Assembly (NCBI GenBank): GCA_035540975.1
Contig: DATLFN010000136.1
Span: forward strand, 856 to 64,855
DNA length: 64,000 nucleotides
DNA from: Acidimicrobiales bacterium
GTDB lineage: Bacteria > Actinomycetota > Acidimicrobiia > Acidimicrobiales > GCA-2861595
Reading direction: 5' to 3'
The notes under the pieces are model-generated. The model saw only the letters and a program-made list of their open reading frames with translations. It did not search any database and was not told where the DNA came from. The translations under genes and the position numbers were made by a program. How positions within the stretch are numbered: the stretch's first letter is position 1; the number at the start of each line of letters is the position of its first letter. Shown here in pieces: positions 28,317 to 37,958 of the stretch.

Positions 28317-28638
28317 GCCACCCTCCTCCGGATGTGCGAACCCGCCGCGGTCAGAAGAGTACGTCGCGCGCGACGTCGTTTCTAGGGGCGCGCCGGGCGC
28401 CCGAGCAGCTCCCACCCAGCGCGTCGTCCCAGGCCGCCGCTCGAGCCCGGTTCGCCCTCCCCGACGGATTTCATCCTTGACGGGGGTTTCCTTCCAGCGG
28501 TATCCAGGGGTGACACCGTGGAAAGGGGGCAGCACGCGCCGGTCCGCCCTACCGTGCCGCCGGCTTCGGGCCGAAGCTCGGCACAGCCGCCTTCCGCCGT
28601 CTCGTGCGTCGTCCCGCCCGTCAGGAGAGGATCTGCAA

Positions 28639-30540
28639 ATGCTGACCGTCCGGCGCCTTTCTCTCGTCCTTGTCGTGTGCGTCTCGTTGCTCCTGCCCGG
28701 TGCGGCCGGCGCCCACCCCGACCACCCCGACCCCGCCGGCTCGTTGGAGACGTTCCCCGGAGAGGGGGTGGCCCGACCGGGCGACCTCCAGCACGGGACG
28801 ATGGAGGGCCACCTCCCGCCGGTGCGGCGGAACGTGACCCTCGTCGGCAAGGCGGCGGTGACCAACCCGAGCGGAGCGGGCAACGAGGGCCGGGTCGCCG
28901 ACGTGTTCGCCCACGGCGACCATGCGTACCTGACCGCGTTCCGCGAACCGACCTGCGAGCAGGCCGGCGTCCACGTGATGGACATCTCCGACCCCGCGGC
29001 GCCGTTCGAGCTCACCGACGCCTTCATCCCCACCACGGTGGGCTCGTACGCGGGGGAGGGCATCCAGGTCATCCCCATGGACAACCAGCACTTCCGCGGC
29101 GACCTGCTCATCCACCAGAACGAGACCTGCCCGGCCGGCCCCGCCCCGCCCGACGTGATGCAGAAGGGCGGGATCTCCATGTGGGACGTGACCGACCCCA
29201 CCGACCCGCAACCGGTGAAGCGTCACGCCGGTGACCTCGTGGGCGGTCTCGACGCGGGACCGAACCAGACCCACAGCATGAGGGCGTGGACCAACGTGTT
29301 CGACAAGAGGACCTACGTCGCGCTGGTGGACGACGAGGAGGTCACCGACGTCGACATCCTCGACATCACCGACCCGTTCCATCCGGTGCTCGTCAACGAC
29401 GACCTCAACCTCGACGAGCCGCCCTTCGACGTCGACCAGGCCACACCGCCCAACCTGACCGCCTCGTTCAGCCACGACATGATGGTCCAGAAGATCGGCC
29501 AGCGTTACGTGATGAACGTCAGCTACTGGGACGGCGGCTACGTCCTCCTGGACGTCACCGACCCCCGTGAGGACCGGGTGCAGCTCATCGCCGACAGCGA
29601 TTACCCCGCCCTCGACGAGGAGCGGCTGGCCCGCGGCCACGCCATCTCCCCCGAGGGGAACGCCCACCAGTCGGAGCTGTCCCCCAACAAGAAGTTCCTG
29701 CTCGCCACCGACGAGGACTTCAACCCGTACCGGGTGGTCGCCACGATCACCTCCGGCCCCTACGCCGGGACCGGGTACACGGCCACGTCGGCCAGCGCCA
29801 CTCCGCCCGTCGACGCCGACACGACGATCGACGGTGTCCCGACGTACGTGGGCCTCGCCTGCACCAGCCTCCCGGCCGGGACGGGTATCGCCCTGGTGGA
29901 GCGTGGCATCTGCTCGTTCCAGCAGAAGCTCGACAACATCGAGGCGGCCGGCTACTCCGCAGGGATCGTGTTCAACGCCGTCCGCGCCGATTGCATGTCC
30001 GGGGTCACCATGCTCGCCGAGGGGGACATCCCCTACGTGTTCACCAACCGCCTCGCCGGGCTTCAACTCCTCGGCGTCGCCGGGGTGACGGCGGCGAACG
30101 CCTGCACCACGGCGTCGCCCGCCCCGGGCTCGCCGGTCGCCTCCACCACCATCGAGGCGGTCTTCGACGGTTGGGGCTACGTGCGCCTCTTCGCCACGGA
30201 CATCCCGAACCAGCGGGGCCGGCCCGGCTCCATCACCTCCATCGACACCTACGCCGTGCCCGAGTCCCAGGACGAGGCCTACGCGGTGGGCTTCGGCGAT
30301 CTGTCCGTGCACGAGGTGGCCATGGCCTCCGAGACCGGACTGGCCTACATCTCCTACTACGCGGCGGGCCTGCGGGTGGTCCGCTACGGCCGCGGCGGGA
30401 TCCAGGAGGTCGGCGCCTTCATCGACGAGGGTGGCAACAACTTCTGGGGCGTCGAGGTGTGGCACGACGAGCACGGCACGGAGTACGTCCTGGCCAGCGA
30501 CCGCGACCACGGCCTCTACGTCTTCCGCTACACGCCGTAG
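28639..30540 (+). CDS. secreted LVIVD-repeat beta-propeller protein with inserted PA (protease-associated) domain
   Basis: ATG 28639 follows CAGGAGAGG. Signal peptide MLTVRRLSLVLVVCVSLLLPGAAGA. LVIVD-type repeats: GVHVMDISDPAAP, GISMWDVTDPTDP, VDILDITDPFHP, GYVLLDVTDPRE. PA-like segment GIALVERGICSFQQKLDNIEAAGYSAGIVFN. Confidence 0.8.
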   Translation: MLTVRRLSLVLVVCVSLLLPGAAGAHPDHPDPAGSLETFPGEGVARPGDLQHGTMEGHLPPVRRNVTLVGKAAVTNPSGAGNEGRVADVFAHGDHAYLTAFREPTCEQAGVHVMDISDPAAPFELTDAFIPTTVGSYAGEGIQVIPMDNQHFRGDLLIHQNETCPAGPAPPDVMQKGGISMWDVTDPTDPQPVKRHAGDLVGGLDAGPNQTHSMRAWTNVFDKRTYVALVDDEEVTDVDILDITDPFHPVLVNDDLNLDEPPFDVDQATPPNLTASFSHDMMVQKIGQRYVMNVSYWDGGYVLLDVTDPREDRVQLIADSDYPALDEERLARGHAISPEGNAHQSELSPNKKFLLATDEDFNPYRVVATITSGPYAGTGYTATSASATPPVDADTTIDGVPTYVGLACTSLPAGTGIALVERGICSFQQKLDNIEAAGYSAGIVFNAVRADCMSGVTMLAEGDIPYVFTNRLAGLQLLGVAGVTAANACTTASPAPGSPVASTTIEAVFDGWGYVRLFATDIPNQRGRPGSITSIDTYAVPESQDEAYAVGFGDLSVHEVAMASETGLAYISYYAAGLRVVRYGRGGIQEVGAFIDEGGNNFWGVEVWHDEHGTEYVLASDRDHGLYVFRYTP

Positions 30541-30613
30541 CAGGAGCCTGCCGGCGCGGGCGGCGCGCCGCACCTGGTCGGCCTCCGTAGGGAGACGTCG
30601 CCTGGATGTACGG

Positions 30614-30645
30614 TTGACCTAATACCGATTCTTAGGTAGACCTAA
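30614..30645 (+). promoter_or_regulatory. AT-rich promoter/operator region upstream of padR (TTGACC -35-like hexamer; GACCTAA x2 plus inverted TTAGGT)
   Basis: Read directly: ttGACCTAAtaccgattcTTAGGTaGACCTAActcATG. The 14-bp near-palindrome TTAGGTAGACCTAA (30632-30645) ends 3 nt before the padR ATG. This suggests a leaderless or near-leaderless transcript and autoregulation. The identity of the binding protein is unknown. Confidence 0.4.
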
Positions 30646-30648
30646 CTC

Positions 30649-31131
30649 ATGAGCGCGCGGGCGGCCGAGCGGGACCTGGCCCGTCGTGAGGGACCTCTGG
30701 AGCCGTCGAGATCGGAGGCGACGAAGAGCCCGACGCGTTCGCACGGTCGTGACGACGGCCTGCCTCGCGGCTACCTGCGGGCCTGCCTGCTGCTGCTCGT
30801 GGCCGAAGCGCCGGTCCACGGCTACGAGCTCGTCGCCCAGCTCGGGGATCTGGGCGTGGGCAGGCCCGATGCCGCCACCGTCTATCGGACGCTGCGCGGT
30901 CTCGACGAGGAGGGGCTGGTCTCCTCGTGGTGGGCGTCCCCGGTGGCCGGCCCCGCTCGGCGGGTCTACCGGACGACGGTCGCCGGCAGGCACTGCCTCG
31001 TGCAGCTGGTCGGCGCGGTGGAGGACACCCACCTCCACCTGTCGGCCTTCCTGCACCGCCATCGTGCCCTGGGGCCCGCCGCGGGACGGACGGGCGACGC
31101 AACGTCTCCCTGTGGCGGCCGTCCCCGATGA
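30649..31131 (+). CDS. PadR-family transcriptional regulator
   Basis: ORF 30649..31131 reads YLRACLLLLVAEAPVHGYELVAQLGDLGVGRPDAATVYRTLRGLDEEGLVSSWW...RRVYRTT. There is no alternative in-frame start. Confidence 0.85.
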   Translation: MSARAAERDLARREGPLEPSRSEATKSPTRSHGRDDGLPRGYLRACLLLLVAEAPVHGYELVAQLGDLGVGRPDAATVYRTLRGLDEEGLVSSWWASPVAGPARRVYRTTVAGRHCLVQLVGAVEDTHLHLSAFLHRHRALGPAAGRTGDATSPCGGRPR

Positions 31132-31174
31132 CACCCCCCGACGGCCGCTCTCGCCGCGCCATGACCGCCCCTCC

Positions 31175-32347
31175 GTGACCGCTGCCTCCCGTTCGCGGGC
31201 GGGATCTGCTCCGGGGCATCGTCGGGGATCAGCGCCTCCGAGTGGTCGCCGCGTCGGCGCTGTCGGTGTCGCACCACGCCGGCGAGGCGCTGGCCCGGCG
31301 CAGCTGGAGGCCGCCCCTCGACCTCGTCGTTCGCGGGGGCTCCTCTCCGGTGGCTGGGCCCGCGGCGGAGGGCTGTTCGCCGCCCTCGCCGTGCTGAGCG
31401 CCGTGGCGCTGGCGTCCATCGCCTACGGGTCCAGGCCCATGGCGCTCTCCACCGTGTGGGACGGCATGTGGGCCTACGACCCCACGGTGGGCGACCACCT
31501 GATCGTCCGCAGCCTGCGCATCCCCCGCACCGGGATGGGCCTGCTCGTCGGTGCCGCCCTCGGCCTCGCCGGCGCCGTGATGCAGGGGGTCACCCGCAAC
31601 CCGCTGGCCGACCCGGGCATCCTCGGGATCGAAGCCGGCGCGTCCCTCGCGGTCGTGACCGGCATCTACGCCCTCGGGATCGGCTCGTTCAGCGGGTACG
31701 TGTGGCTGGCGTTCGTCGGCGCCGCCGTCGCCAGCCTGGTGGTCTACTTCCTCGGCTCCCTCGGCCGCGGTGGCGCCACGCCGGTCAAGCTGGCGCTCGC
31801 CGGCGCCGCGCTCTCGGCGCTGCTCGGGTCCGTCACCACCTCGGTCCTGCTCCTCGACGTGGCCACGCTCGACCAGTTCCGCTTCTGGGTCGTCGGCTCG
31901 ATCGCCGGCCGCGACGCCGGGATCGTCGCCGACGTCGCCCCGTTCCTGGCCGTCGGCGCCGTCCTGGCGCTGCTGTCGGCACGGTCGCTCAACACCCTCG
32001 CCCTGGGCAACGACGTCGCCCGCTCCCTCGGCCAACGCGTCGGGCTCGCTCGCGCCATCTCCGCGCTGGCCGTGATCGTCCTCGCCGGCGGCGCCACCGC
32101 GGCGGCCGGCCCCATCGGGTTCCTCGGTCTCACCGTGCCCCATGTCGCCCGGGCGATCTGCGGGCCCGACTACCGGTGGATCGTCGCCTGGTCGGCGGTG
32201 CTGGCGCCCATCCTGTTGCTCGGAGCCGACGTCCTCGGCCGGCTCGTCGCCCGGCCCGGCGAGGTGCAGGTCGGCATCCTCACCGCCGTCATCGGCGCGC
32301 CGTTCTTCGTCGCCCTGGTGCGCCGCCGGAAGCTGGCCGAGCTCTGA
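31175..32347 (+). CDS. FecCD-family iron-siderophore ABC transporter permease
   Basis: The C-terminal part of ORF 30686..32347 reads [44 protein letters not shown]...[15 protein letters not shown]...[19 protein letters not shown] 31175 is the only in-frame start upstream of TM1. It overlaps (GTGA) the stop of a 16-codon ORF that in turn overlaps the padR stop. The N-terminal ~70 aa are Arg-rich. Confidence 0.75.
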   Translation: MTAASRSRAGSAPGHRRGSAPPSGRRVGAVGVAPRRRGAGPAQLEAAPRPRRSRGLLSGGWARGGGLFAALAVLSAVALASIAYGSRPMALSTVWDGMWAYDPTVGDHLIVRSLRIPRTGMGLLVGAALGLAGAVMQGVTRNPLADPGILGIEAGASLAVVTGIYALGIGSFSGYVWLAFVGAAVASLVVYFLGSLGRGGATPVKLALAGAALSALLGSVTTSVLLLDVATLDQFRFWVVGSIAGRDAGIVADVAPFLAVGAVLALLSARSLNTLALGNDVARSLGQRVGLARAISALAVIVLAGGATAAAGPIGFLGLTVPHVARAICGPDYRWIVAWSAVLAPILLLGADVLGRLVARPGEVQVGILTAVIGAPFFVALVRRRKLAEL

Positions 32348-33423
32348 TGACCGTGCCCGGTTCACTTCGGCGCGCCGGGCAGGGCGGTCTCCTCGTCATC
32401 CGCGTCCCCCCGCTCGGCTGGTCGACGAGGGCCCACGCACGGTCGTTCATCGTCACGCTGGCACTGACCGCCGCCGCCATCGCCATGTTCGCATGGTCAC
32501 TGGCCGTCGGCGACTTCCCGATCGCGATCAGCGACGTCCTCGCCACCCTCGCCGGTGGCGGCTCGGAGGACGGCGACTTCATCGTGCGGACCCTGCGGCT
32601 GCCGCGGGCGCTGGCCGCCGTTCTGGTGGGTGCCGGTTTCGGGCTGTCCGGCGCCATCTTCCAGCGGCTGGCACGCAACCCGCTGGCCAGCCCCGACATC
32701 ATCGGGGTCACCGCGGGCGCCGCCGCCTCGGCGGTGTTCATGATCGTGGTGGTCGGCGCGACCAGCATGCAGATCACCCTCGGCGCCCTGGCCGGGGCCA
32801 CCATCACCTCGCTCGGCATCTACCTCCTGGCCTACAAGCGGGGCGTCTCCGGCTACCGCCTCGTCCTCGTCGGCATCGGCATCACCGCCGTGCTCACCTC
32901 CGTCACCCAGTACCTGCTGACCAGGGCCGAGATCTTCGAGGCGCAACGCGCCGTCGTCTGGCTGACCGGGAGCCTCAACGGGCGCGGCTGGGAGCACGTA
33001 CGCCCGATGGCGCTGGCTCTGGTCGTGCTCGTCCCCGTCGCCCTGGGCCTGACCCGTCACCTGCGCGTGCTGGAGCTGGGCGACGAGACCGCCCGGGGGC
33101 TCGGCGCCCGCGTGGAAGGCATTCGAGCGGCGCTGTTGCTCACCGGCGTCGCCCTCGCCGCGGTCGGCACGGCGGCGGCCGGGCCCATCGGGTTCGTCGC
33201 CCTGGTCTCGCCGCAGATCGCCCGTCGCCTCGTGGGCGAGCGCTCCCTGGCACTGATGCCGGCCGCCGCCTGCGGCGCCGTGATCGTCGTCACCGCCGAT
33301 CTGGTCGCCCGCCGTCTGTTCGCGCCGACCGAGCTGCCGGTCGGGGTCATCACCGCCATCGTGGGGGCCCCGTACCTGCTGTACCTGCTCGCCCGCGCCA
33401 ACAAGATCGGAAGTGGCGGATGA
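32347..33423 (+). CDS. FecCD-family iron-siderophore ABC transporter permease
   Basis: ATG 32347 overlaps the upstream [46 protein letters not shown]...[17 protein letters not shown]...[16 protein letters not shown]. Confidence 0.9.
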   Translation: MTVPGSLRRAGQGGLLVIRVPPLGWSTRAHARSFIVTLALTAAAIAMFAWSLAVGDFPIAISDVLATLAGGGSEDGDFIVRTLRLPRALAAVLVGAGFGLSGAIFQRLARNPLASPDIIGVTAGAAASAVFMIVVVGATSMQITLGALAGATITSLGIYLLAYKRGVSGYRLVLVGIGITAVLTSVTQYLLTRAEIFEAQRAVVWLTGSLNGRGWEHVRPMALALVVLVPVALGLTRHLRVLELGDETARGLGARVEGIRAALLLTGVALAAVGTAAAGPIGFVALVSPQIARRLVGERSLALMPAAACGAVIVVTADLVARRLFAPTELPVGVITAIVGAPYLLYLLARANKIGSGG

Positions 33424-34286
33424 CCCGGCACAGCCTGCGCGCCGAACACCTGTCGCTCGCCTACGACGACCGCCCGATCGTCGACGACCTCACGGTGACG
33501 ATCCCCGACGGGCGCATCACCGTGATCGTCGGCGCCAACGCCTGCGGCAAGTCGACGCTGCTGCGCGGCCTGGCCCGCCTCCTCAAGCCCCGCGCCGGCT
33601 GCGTGCTGCTCGACGGCGCCGACATCCGGCGCCGCCCGACCCGGGAGGTGGCCACCCGCCTCGGCATGCTGCCCCAGCAGCCGGTCGCCCCCGAGGGCAT
33701 CACCGTCGGCGACCTCGTCGCCCGCGGCCGCCACCCCCACCAGCGGTGGCTGCGGCAGTTCTCCGGCGACGACGAGGCCGCCGTCGGCGCCGCTCTGGCG
33801 GCGACGGGCACCACCGACCTGGCCCAGCGGAGCGTGGACGAGCTGTCGGGCGGGCAGCGCCAGCGGGTCTGGATCGCGCTCGCCCTGGCCCAGGGCACGC
33901 CCCTCATGCTGTTGGACGAGCCCACCACCTTCCTCGACCTCGCCCACCAGGTGGACGTGCTCGACCTGCTGGCCCGCCTCAACGAAACCGAGGGCCGCAC
34001 GATCGTCGCCGTCCTGCACGACCTCAACCTCGCCTGCCGCTACGCCCACCACCTCGTCGCCATGCGCGACGGAGGGATCGTGGCAGAAGGCGCACCGGGC
34101 GACGTCATCACGCCCGAGCTCGTACGCGCCGTGTTCGACCTCGACGCCCACGTCATCCCCGACCCGCTCACCGGGACGCCGCTGGTGCTGCCGGTGCCGG
34201 CCGCCGGCCGCCCGGCCGCCGCACCGCCGGTCGCCGTCGTGCACCTGGTCGCGAACAACGGCGACCGGGACGCCGTGGCGCCATGA
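33420..34286 (+). CDS. iron-siderophore ABC transporter ATP-binding protein (FepC/FecE type)
   Basis: ATG 33420 (ATGA overlap). Walker [13 protein letters not shown], signature LSGGQRQR, Walker [13 protein letters not shown], then VLHDLN. Confidence 0.9.
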   Translation: MTRHSLRAEHLSLAYDDRPIVDDLTVTIPDGRITVIVGANACGKSTLLRGLARLLKPRAGCVLLDGADIRRRPTREVATRLGMLPQQPVAPEGITVGDLVARGRHPHQRWLRQFSGDDEAAVGAALAATGTTDLAQRSVDELSGGQRQRVWIALALAQGTPLMLLDEPTTFLDLAHQVDVLDLLARLNETEGRTIVAVLHDLNLACRYAHHLVAMRDGGIVAEGAPGDVITPELVRAVFDLDAHVIPDPLTGTPLVLPVPAAGRPAAAPPVAVVHLVANNGDRDAVAP

Positions 34287-35116
34287 CCGCGCCGTCCGGT
34301 CCTCTGGCCGAGACGCTCGAACGTCTCGCCGGCGTCGGCCCGTGGTTCGGCGGCCACCTCGGCGAGCCCGAGGGTGACGGCTGGCACCGCTTCAGCGACG
34401 TCTTCCACGACGACCGCCTCGCCGTCTGGGTGGACGACCTGGCCGCTCACCACGACGGTCGTCGCGACGTGGCCGGTTCGTACCTGGGCGGCTGGCTGGC
34501 CGGCGCCGCCACTGCCGTCCCCACCGCCGCCCTCGTGCTCGAACGCCGCCTTCCCGATCCGGCCGGAGAGCTGTGGTTCCACCGCCACGAGGAGGGCTGG
34601 TTCGACCGGGTCGCCTTCGAGGGAACCGGCGTCTTCGCCACATCGGCCGACCCCGCCGCCTCCCATCCCGACGTCGTCGTCGTGGCCACAGCCGACCTCC
34701 CCCGGGTGTTCGCCCGCGGGCTCGTGGACCGGCTCACCCCGGTCCTGGACGCGGTGCGGGGCGCGGCCCCGTTCGGTCGCAGCGGCCTGTGGGGCGGCGT
34801 GGCCGACGAGCTGGCCAGCGCCGCGCTGGGGGCGGCGCGGGCAGCGGGCACCGACACCGGCGACGCCTGGCGCCTCGCTGAGGCCGTCACCGACGCCATC
34901 GCGGAGGAGAGGCGGTGGCTGCGCGCCCGGCCGCGGCCGTTCGCAGTCACCACCGGCCGGGGCACCACCGCCTTCATCGTCAGGGGGACGTGCTGCCTCT
35001 ACTACAAGACGCAGCCGCAGCCGCCCGATGCCTCCGGCGACAGCCACTGCAACACCTGCCCCTTCCGTGACGACGACTCCCGTCACCGGCGCCTCGCCGC
35101 CGACGCCGAGGCTTGA
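34283..35116 (+). CDS. FhuF-like (2Fe-2S)-binding ferric-siderophore reductase family protein
   Basis: ATG 34283 (ATGA overlap). The C-terminal Cys cluster [25 protein letters not shown] (CC...CxxC) and the position after a siderophore importer fit the FhuF family. Confidence 0.7.
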   Translation: MTAPSGPLAETLERLAGVGPWFGGHLGEPEGDGWHRFSDVFHDDRLAVWVDDLAAHHDGRRDVAGSYLGGWLAGAATAVPTAALVLERRLPDPAGELWFHRHEEGWFDRVAFEGTGVFATSADPAASHPDVVVVATADLPRVFARGLVDRLTPVLDAVRGAAPFGRSGLWGGVADELASAALGAARAAGTDTGDAWRLAEAVTDAIAEERRWLRARPRPFAVTTGRGTTAFIVRGTCCLYYKTQPQPPDASGDSHCNTCPFRDDDSRHRRLAADAEA

Positions 35117-35474
35117 GATCCGGCCACGGCGCCGGATGGTCCTCGGCGTGGCCGACCCGGTCGGCCGCCGTAGCCAAGCCAAGAGGCTGCTCGGCGACTT
35201 CGAGTCGAGTCGAAGCCGTCGCCGCCCTCCGCGCGGCAGGCGGCGGGCGGCGGGCCTGCCGCCCTCCGCGTCGCTCACGTCGGGTTCTACGAGACGGGCA
35301 GCCTCTCGTACCGCGGGTGACGCTCCGTTCCGGTACCGGTACCGCTCCCACCCCGCCACCCCGGTGCGGGCGACGAGCGGCTCACGAGGGCGCAAGCGGG
35401 CGTAGGCGTCGAAAGTCGCTCCGCGCTTAGTCGCGTCGGTGGATGAGTCGTACCCTTCACCCGGGAGGTGGGGC

Positions 35475-35945
35475 ATGCAGGGCAACGAACGGGTCCTCGA
35501 CCTGCTCAACGACGTGTTGACGGCCGAGCTGACGGCCGTCAACCAGTACTTCGTGGACGCCAAGATGTGCCAGAACTGGGGCTACGACCGGCTGGCGGCG
35601 AAGTTCCGGGAGGACTCCATCGACGAGATGAAGGACGCCGACTCGCTGATCGAGCGGATCCTCTACCTCGACGGCGTGCCCAACATGCAGCGGCTCGGTC
35701 CGGTGCGGGTGGGCGAGAGTGCCCCTGAGAAGCTGAAGCTCGCCCTCGACGTGGAGAGCGAGGCGATCGCCCGCCTCAACGCCGGGGTGGCGGTCTGCGT
35801 GGAGCTGGGCGACAACGGCAGCCGCGAGCTGCTCGAGCGCATCCTCGTGGGCGAGGAGGAGCACGCCGACTGGCTGGAGGCCCAGCTCGAGCTCGTCCGC
35901 CAGGTCGGTGAGGCCCACTATCTCGCCCAACAGATCCGCGACTGA
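35475..35945 (+). CDS. bfr: bacterioferritin
   Basis: ATG 35475 follows GGAGG. MQGNERVLDLLNDVLTAELTAVNQYFVDAKMCQNWGY...DSIDEMKDADSLIERILYLDG...EEEHADWLE. Met52, the heme ligand, is present. Position 54 is Asp rather than the usual His. Confidence 0.9.
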   Translation: MQGNERVLDLLNDVLTAELTAVNQYFVDAKMCQNWGYDRLAAKFREDSIDEMKDADSLIERILYLDGVPNMQRLGPVRVGESAPEKLKLALDVESEAIARLNAGVAVCVELGDNGSRELLERILVGEEEHADWLEAQLELVRQVGEAHYLAQQIRD

Positions 35946-36002
35946 CCGCCCGCCGTCGGGTTCGCGGCGACAACGCGCCCGGCGGGGCGCGATCCTGGCG
36001 CG

Positions 36003-36419
36003 ATGGAGCAGCGCCTCTCCCTGATCACTCTCGGCGTCGCCGACGTGGCTCGGGCTCGTGGGTTCTACGAGCGCCTCGGCTGGTCAGGAGAGTCACCCGA
36101 CGGCGAGGTGGTCTTCTTCCAGGTCGGCGGCATGGTCCTCGCTCTGTGGGGACGCGACAAGCTCGCGGAGGACAGCGTCGTCGAGGACGGCGGCGGTTGG
36201 GGCGGCGTCACGCTCGCCTACTGCGTCGACTCGCCGGCGACGGTGGACGCCGTTCTGGCCGAGGCCGCCAGGGCCGGCGCGACGATCGCTCGACCGGGGG
36301 CGCCGACCTTCTGGGGCGGCTATTCGGGGATCTTCCTCGATCCGGACGGGCACCCCTGGGAAGTCGCCCACAACCCGGGCTGGGTCCTCGAGGGCGACGG
36401 CTCCGTTCGCCTCCACTGA
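36003..36419 (+). CDS. VOC (glyoxalase/bleomycin-resistance/dioxygenase) family protein
   Basis: ORF 36003..36419 reads LSLITLGVADVARARGFYERLGW...GYSGIFLDPDGHPWEVAHNPGW. Confidence 0.8.
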   Translation: MEQRLSLITLGVADVARARGFYERLGWSGESPDGEVVFFQVGGMVLALWGRDKLAEDSVVEDGGGWGGVTLAYCVDSPATVDAVLAEAARAGATIARPGAPTFWGGYSGIFLDPDGHPWEVAHNPGWVLEGDGSVRLH

Positions 36420-36605
36420 CGCAGCGAGAGGGCGCGCCGCGGACGCCGTGGCGGACGGGGCTTGCCAGGCCTCCCGCACATGCGCTGGGGTCACCGCCCG
36501 CGCACGGGCGGCAGCTGCCGGAGCCCGTGCCGGCGAGTTGGCGCTTCGGAACGCGATGCATCAGGAGGCTGTCGCCAAAATGGAGACGGACGCTATCGTG
36601 CCCGG

Positions 36606-37355
36606 ATGACCACTCCGCTGCACCTGAGCGCGGATCAGCGTCGCGAGCTCAGGCGTATCGCGGCGTCGTATTCGCAGCCCTACCGACGAGTGGTCATCGC
36701 GCGTGCACTGCTTCTCGTCGCGGACGGTGTTCCAACCGCTGACGTCGCCCAGCGCTGCGAGACGACGCCCACGACGGTTCGACGGTGGAGCTCACGTTTC
36801 GCAGCGGTCGGCATCGACGGGCTCGGCACAGTAGGACCCGGAAGAGGCCGCAAGCCGTCGCTCCGCCGGGCGGTGGCCGATGCGATAGCTCGGGACACCG
36901 AGCACACCGAGCCGCCCCCGGGGACGTCTCGCTGGACATTACGCACGATGGCGAGCCGGCACGGGGTGAGCAAGGACACGGTCGCCCGTGTGTGGCGCGA
37001 GCGCGGACTACGCCCGTGGGAGAAGCCGCCGAGACCGACCAAGGCGAGGCCGACCGAGCGTCGCCGCCGCCCGTCAGAGGCTCGCGAGAGCGAGGTCATC
37101 GAGGTCTTGTCCGCGCTCAACGAGGCGACCGGCCTGGCCCTGTCGCGGTGTCGACCCCGCGACGTGCACCGTGACTTCCTGTTCTTCGTGAAGCTCACCG
37201 AGGCGATCGAGCTGTGGGTCGAGCACTGGGACGATCCGAGCCGGCCGTTCCACTGGCAGAGCCGAGAGGAGGTCGTCAGCAGTACGAAGCGCGCCCGGGA
37301 GGCTTTGACGAACTACGCCAAATCGGCGCCAACTCGCAGCCACCAGGCCAGGTAG
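36606..37355 (+). mobile_element. IS630-family transposase remnant (HTH region plus C-terminal tail retained, DDE catalytic core deleted)
   Basis: ATG 36606 in ORF 36462..37355 gives LHLSADQRRELRRIAASYSQPYRRVVIARALLLVADGVPTADVAQRCETTPTTVRRWSSRFAAVGIDGL...GRGRKPS...SRWTLRTMASRHGVSKDTVARVWRERGLRPW. The sequence then jumps to LSALNEATGLALSRCRPRDVHRDFLFFVKL and on to AIELWVEHWDDPSRPFHWQS. At 249 aa it is about 100 aa short of an intact IS630 transposase, and I saw no DDE-type residues. I identified no terminal inverted repeats. Confidence 0.65.
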
Positions 37356-37449
37356 GTGACGCGGCGCACTCTTGCGGCGCCGCGCCTCGGGCGATTTGAC
37401 TGGACCCGTGCGGCGATCACGGACGCCAGGGAGTGGCGGTTACGGATCC

Positions 37450-37944
37450 GTGGGCCTCCGTCGACGGTGCGTTCCGCTCCTGTACGCATCGATCGGCGCC
37501 ACGATGCTCCTGGGTTGCTCCAGCAACGACACCGACGAGCAGGGAGGCGGCGGTGAGCCTTCCGTGGTGGCCTTCTCGCCGCCGGCGGTGTCCGGCCCGT
37601 CGCCGCGCTTCGGGGTTCCGCTCCCGGAGGGCGCGGCGCTCGACCAGGGGGCGTCGAACGCCGAGGCCGAAGTGTTCACGGTCGCGTCGCCGACCACGTT
37701 CGGCGACGTCAACGCGTTCTACAAGCAGGAGATGGACGGAAAGCCGTTCCGCGACTTCGAGTGGTGTGGGCCCCGCGTGGATGCCGCCAGCGAGACATAC
37801 CTCCGGATCTGGCGCCGCCCGGGGACGTCCGACCTCATGGTCGTGGGCCTGACCTACAAGGCGCCGAGCGAGCCGACCACCATCAGCATCACGCAGGCGA
37901 GTGGCGTCATGGTCGACGCATGTCCACCAGCGGCATCGGGGTGA
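37450..37944 (+). CDS. lipoprotein of unknown function
   Basis: GTG 37450 in ORF 37372..37944. The signal peptide has a lipobox: VGLRRRCVPLLYASIGATMLLG-C-SSND. I recognised no motif in the mature part. Confidence 0.6.
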   Translation: MGLRRRCVPLLYASIGATMLLGCSSNDTDEQGGGGEPSVVAFSPPAVSGPSPRFGVPLPEGAALDQGASNAEAEVFTVASPTTFGDVNAFYKQEMDGKPFRDFEWCGPRVDAASETYLRIWRRPGTSDLMVVGLTYKAPSEPTTISITQASGVMVDACPPAASG

Positions 37945-37958
37945 CAGGGGGGTTCGGT

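Noticed and set aside
30632-30650. Possible IdeR/DtxR iron box upstream of padR
   Set aside because: By hand alignment only about 12 of 19 positions match the TTAGGTTAGGCTAACCTAA consensus, and the half-site spacing is wrong. I kept it as a generic operator or promoter element only.
35233-35262. Inverted repeat GCGGCAGGC-N12-GCCTGCCGC flanked by direct GCCCTCCGCG copies, in the FhuF-bfr gap. I also searched this gap for a bfd gene.
   Set aside because: No bfd-like Cys-motif ORF exists in any frame. The GC-only hairpin with a 12-nt loop and no U-tract, 117 nt past the stop codon, is not convincing as a terminator or regulator.
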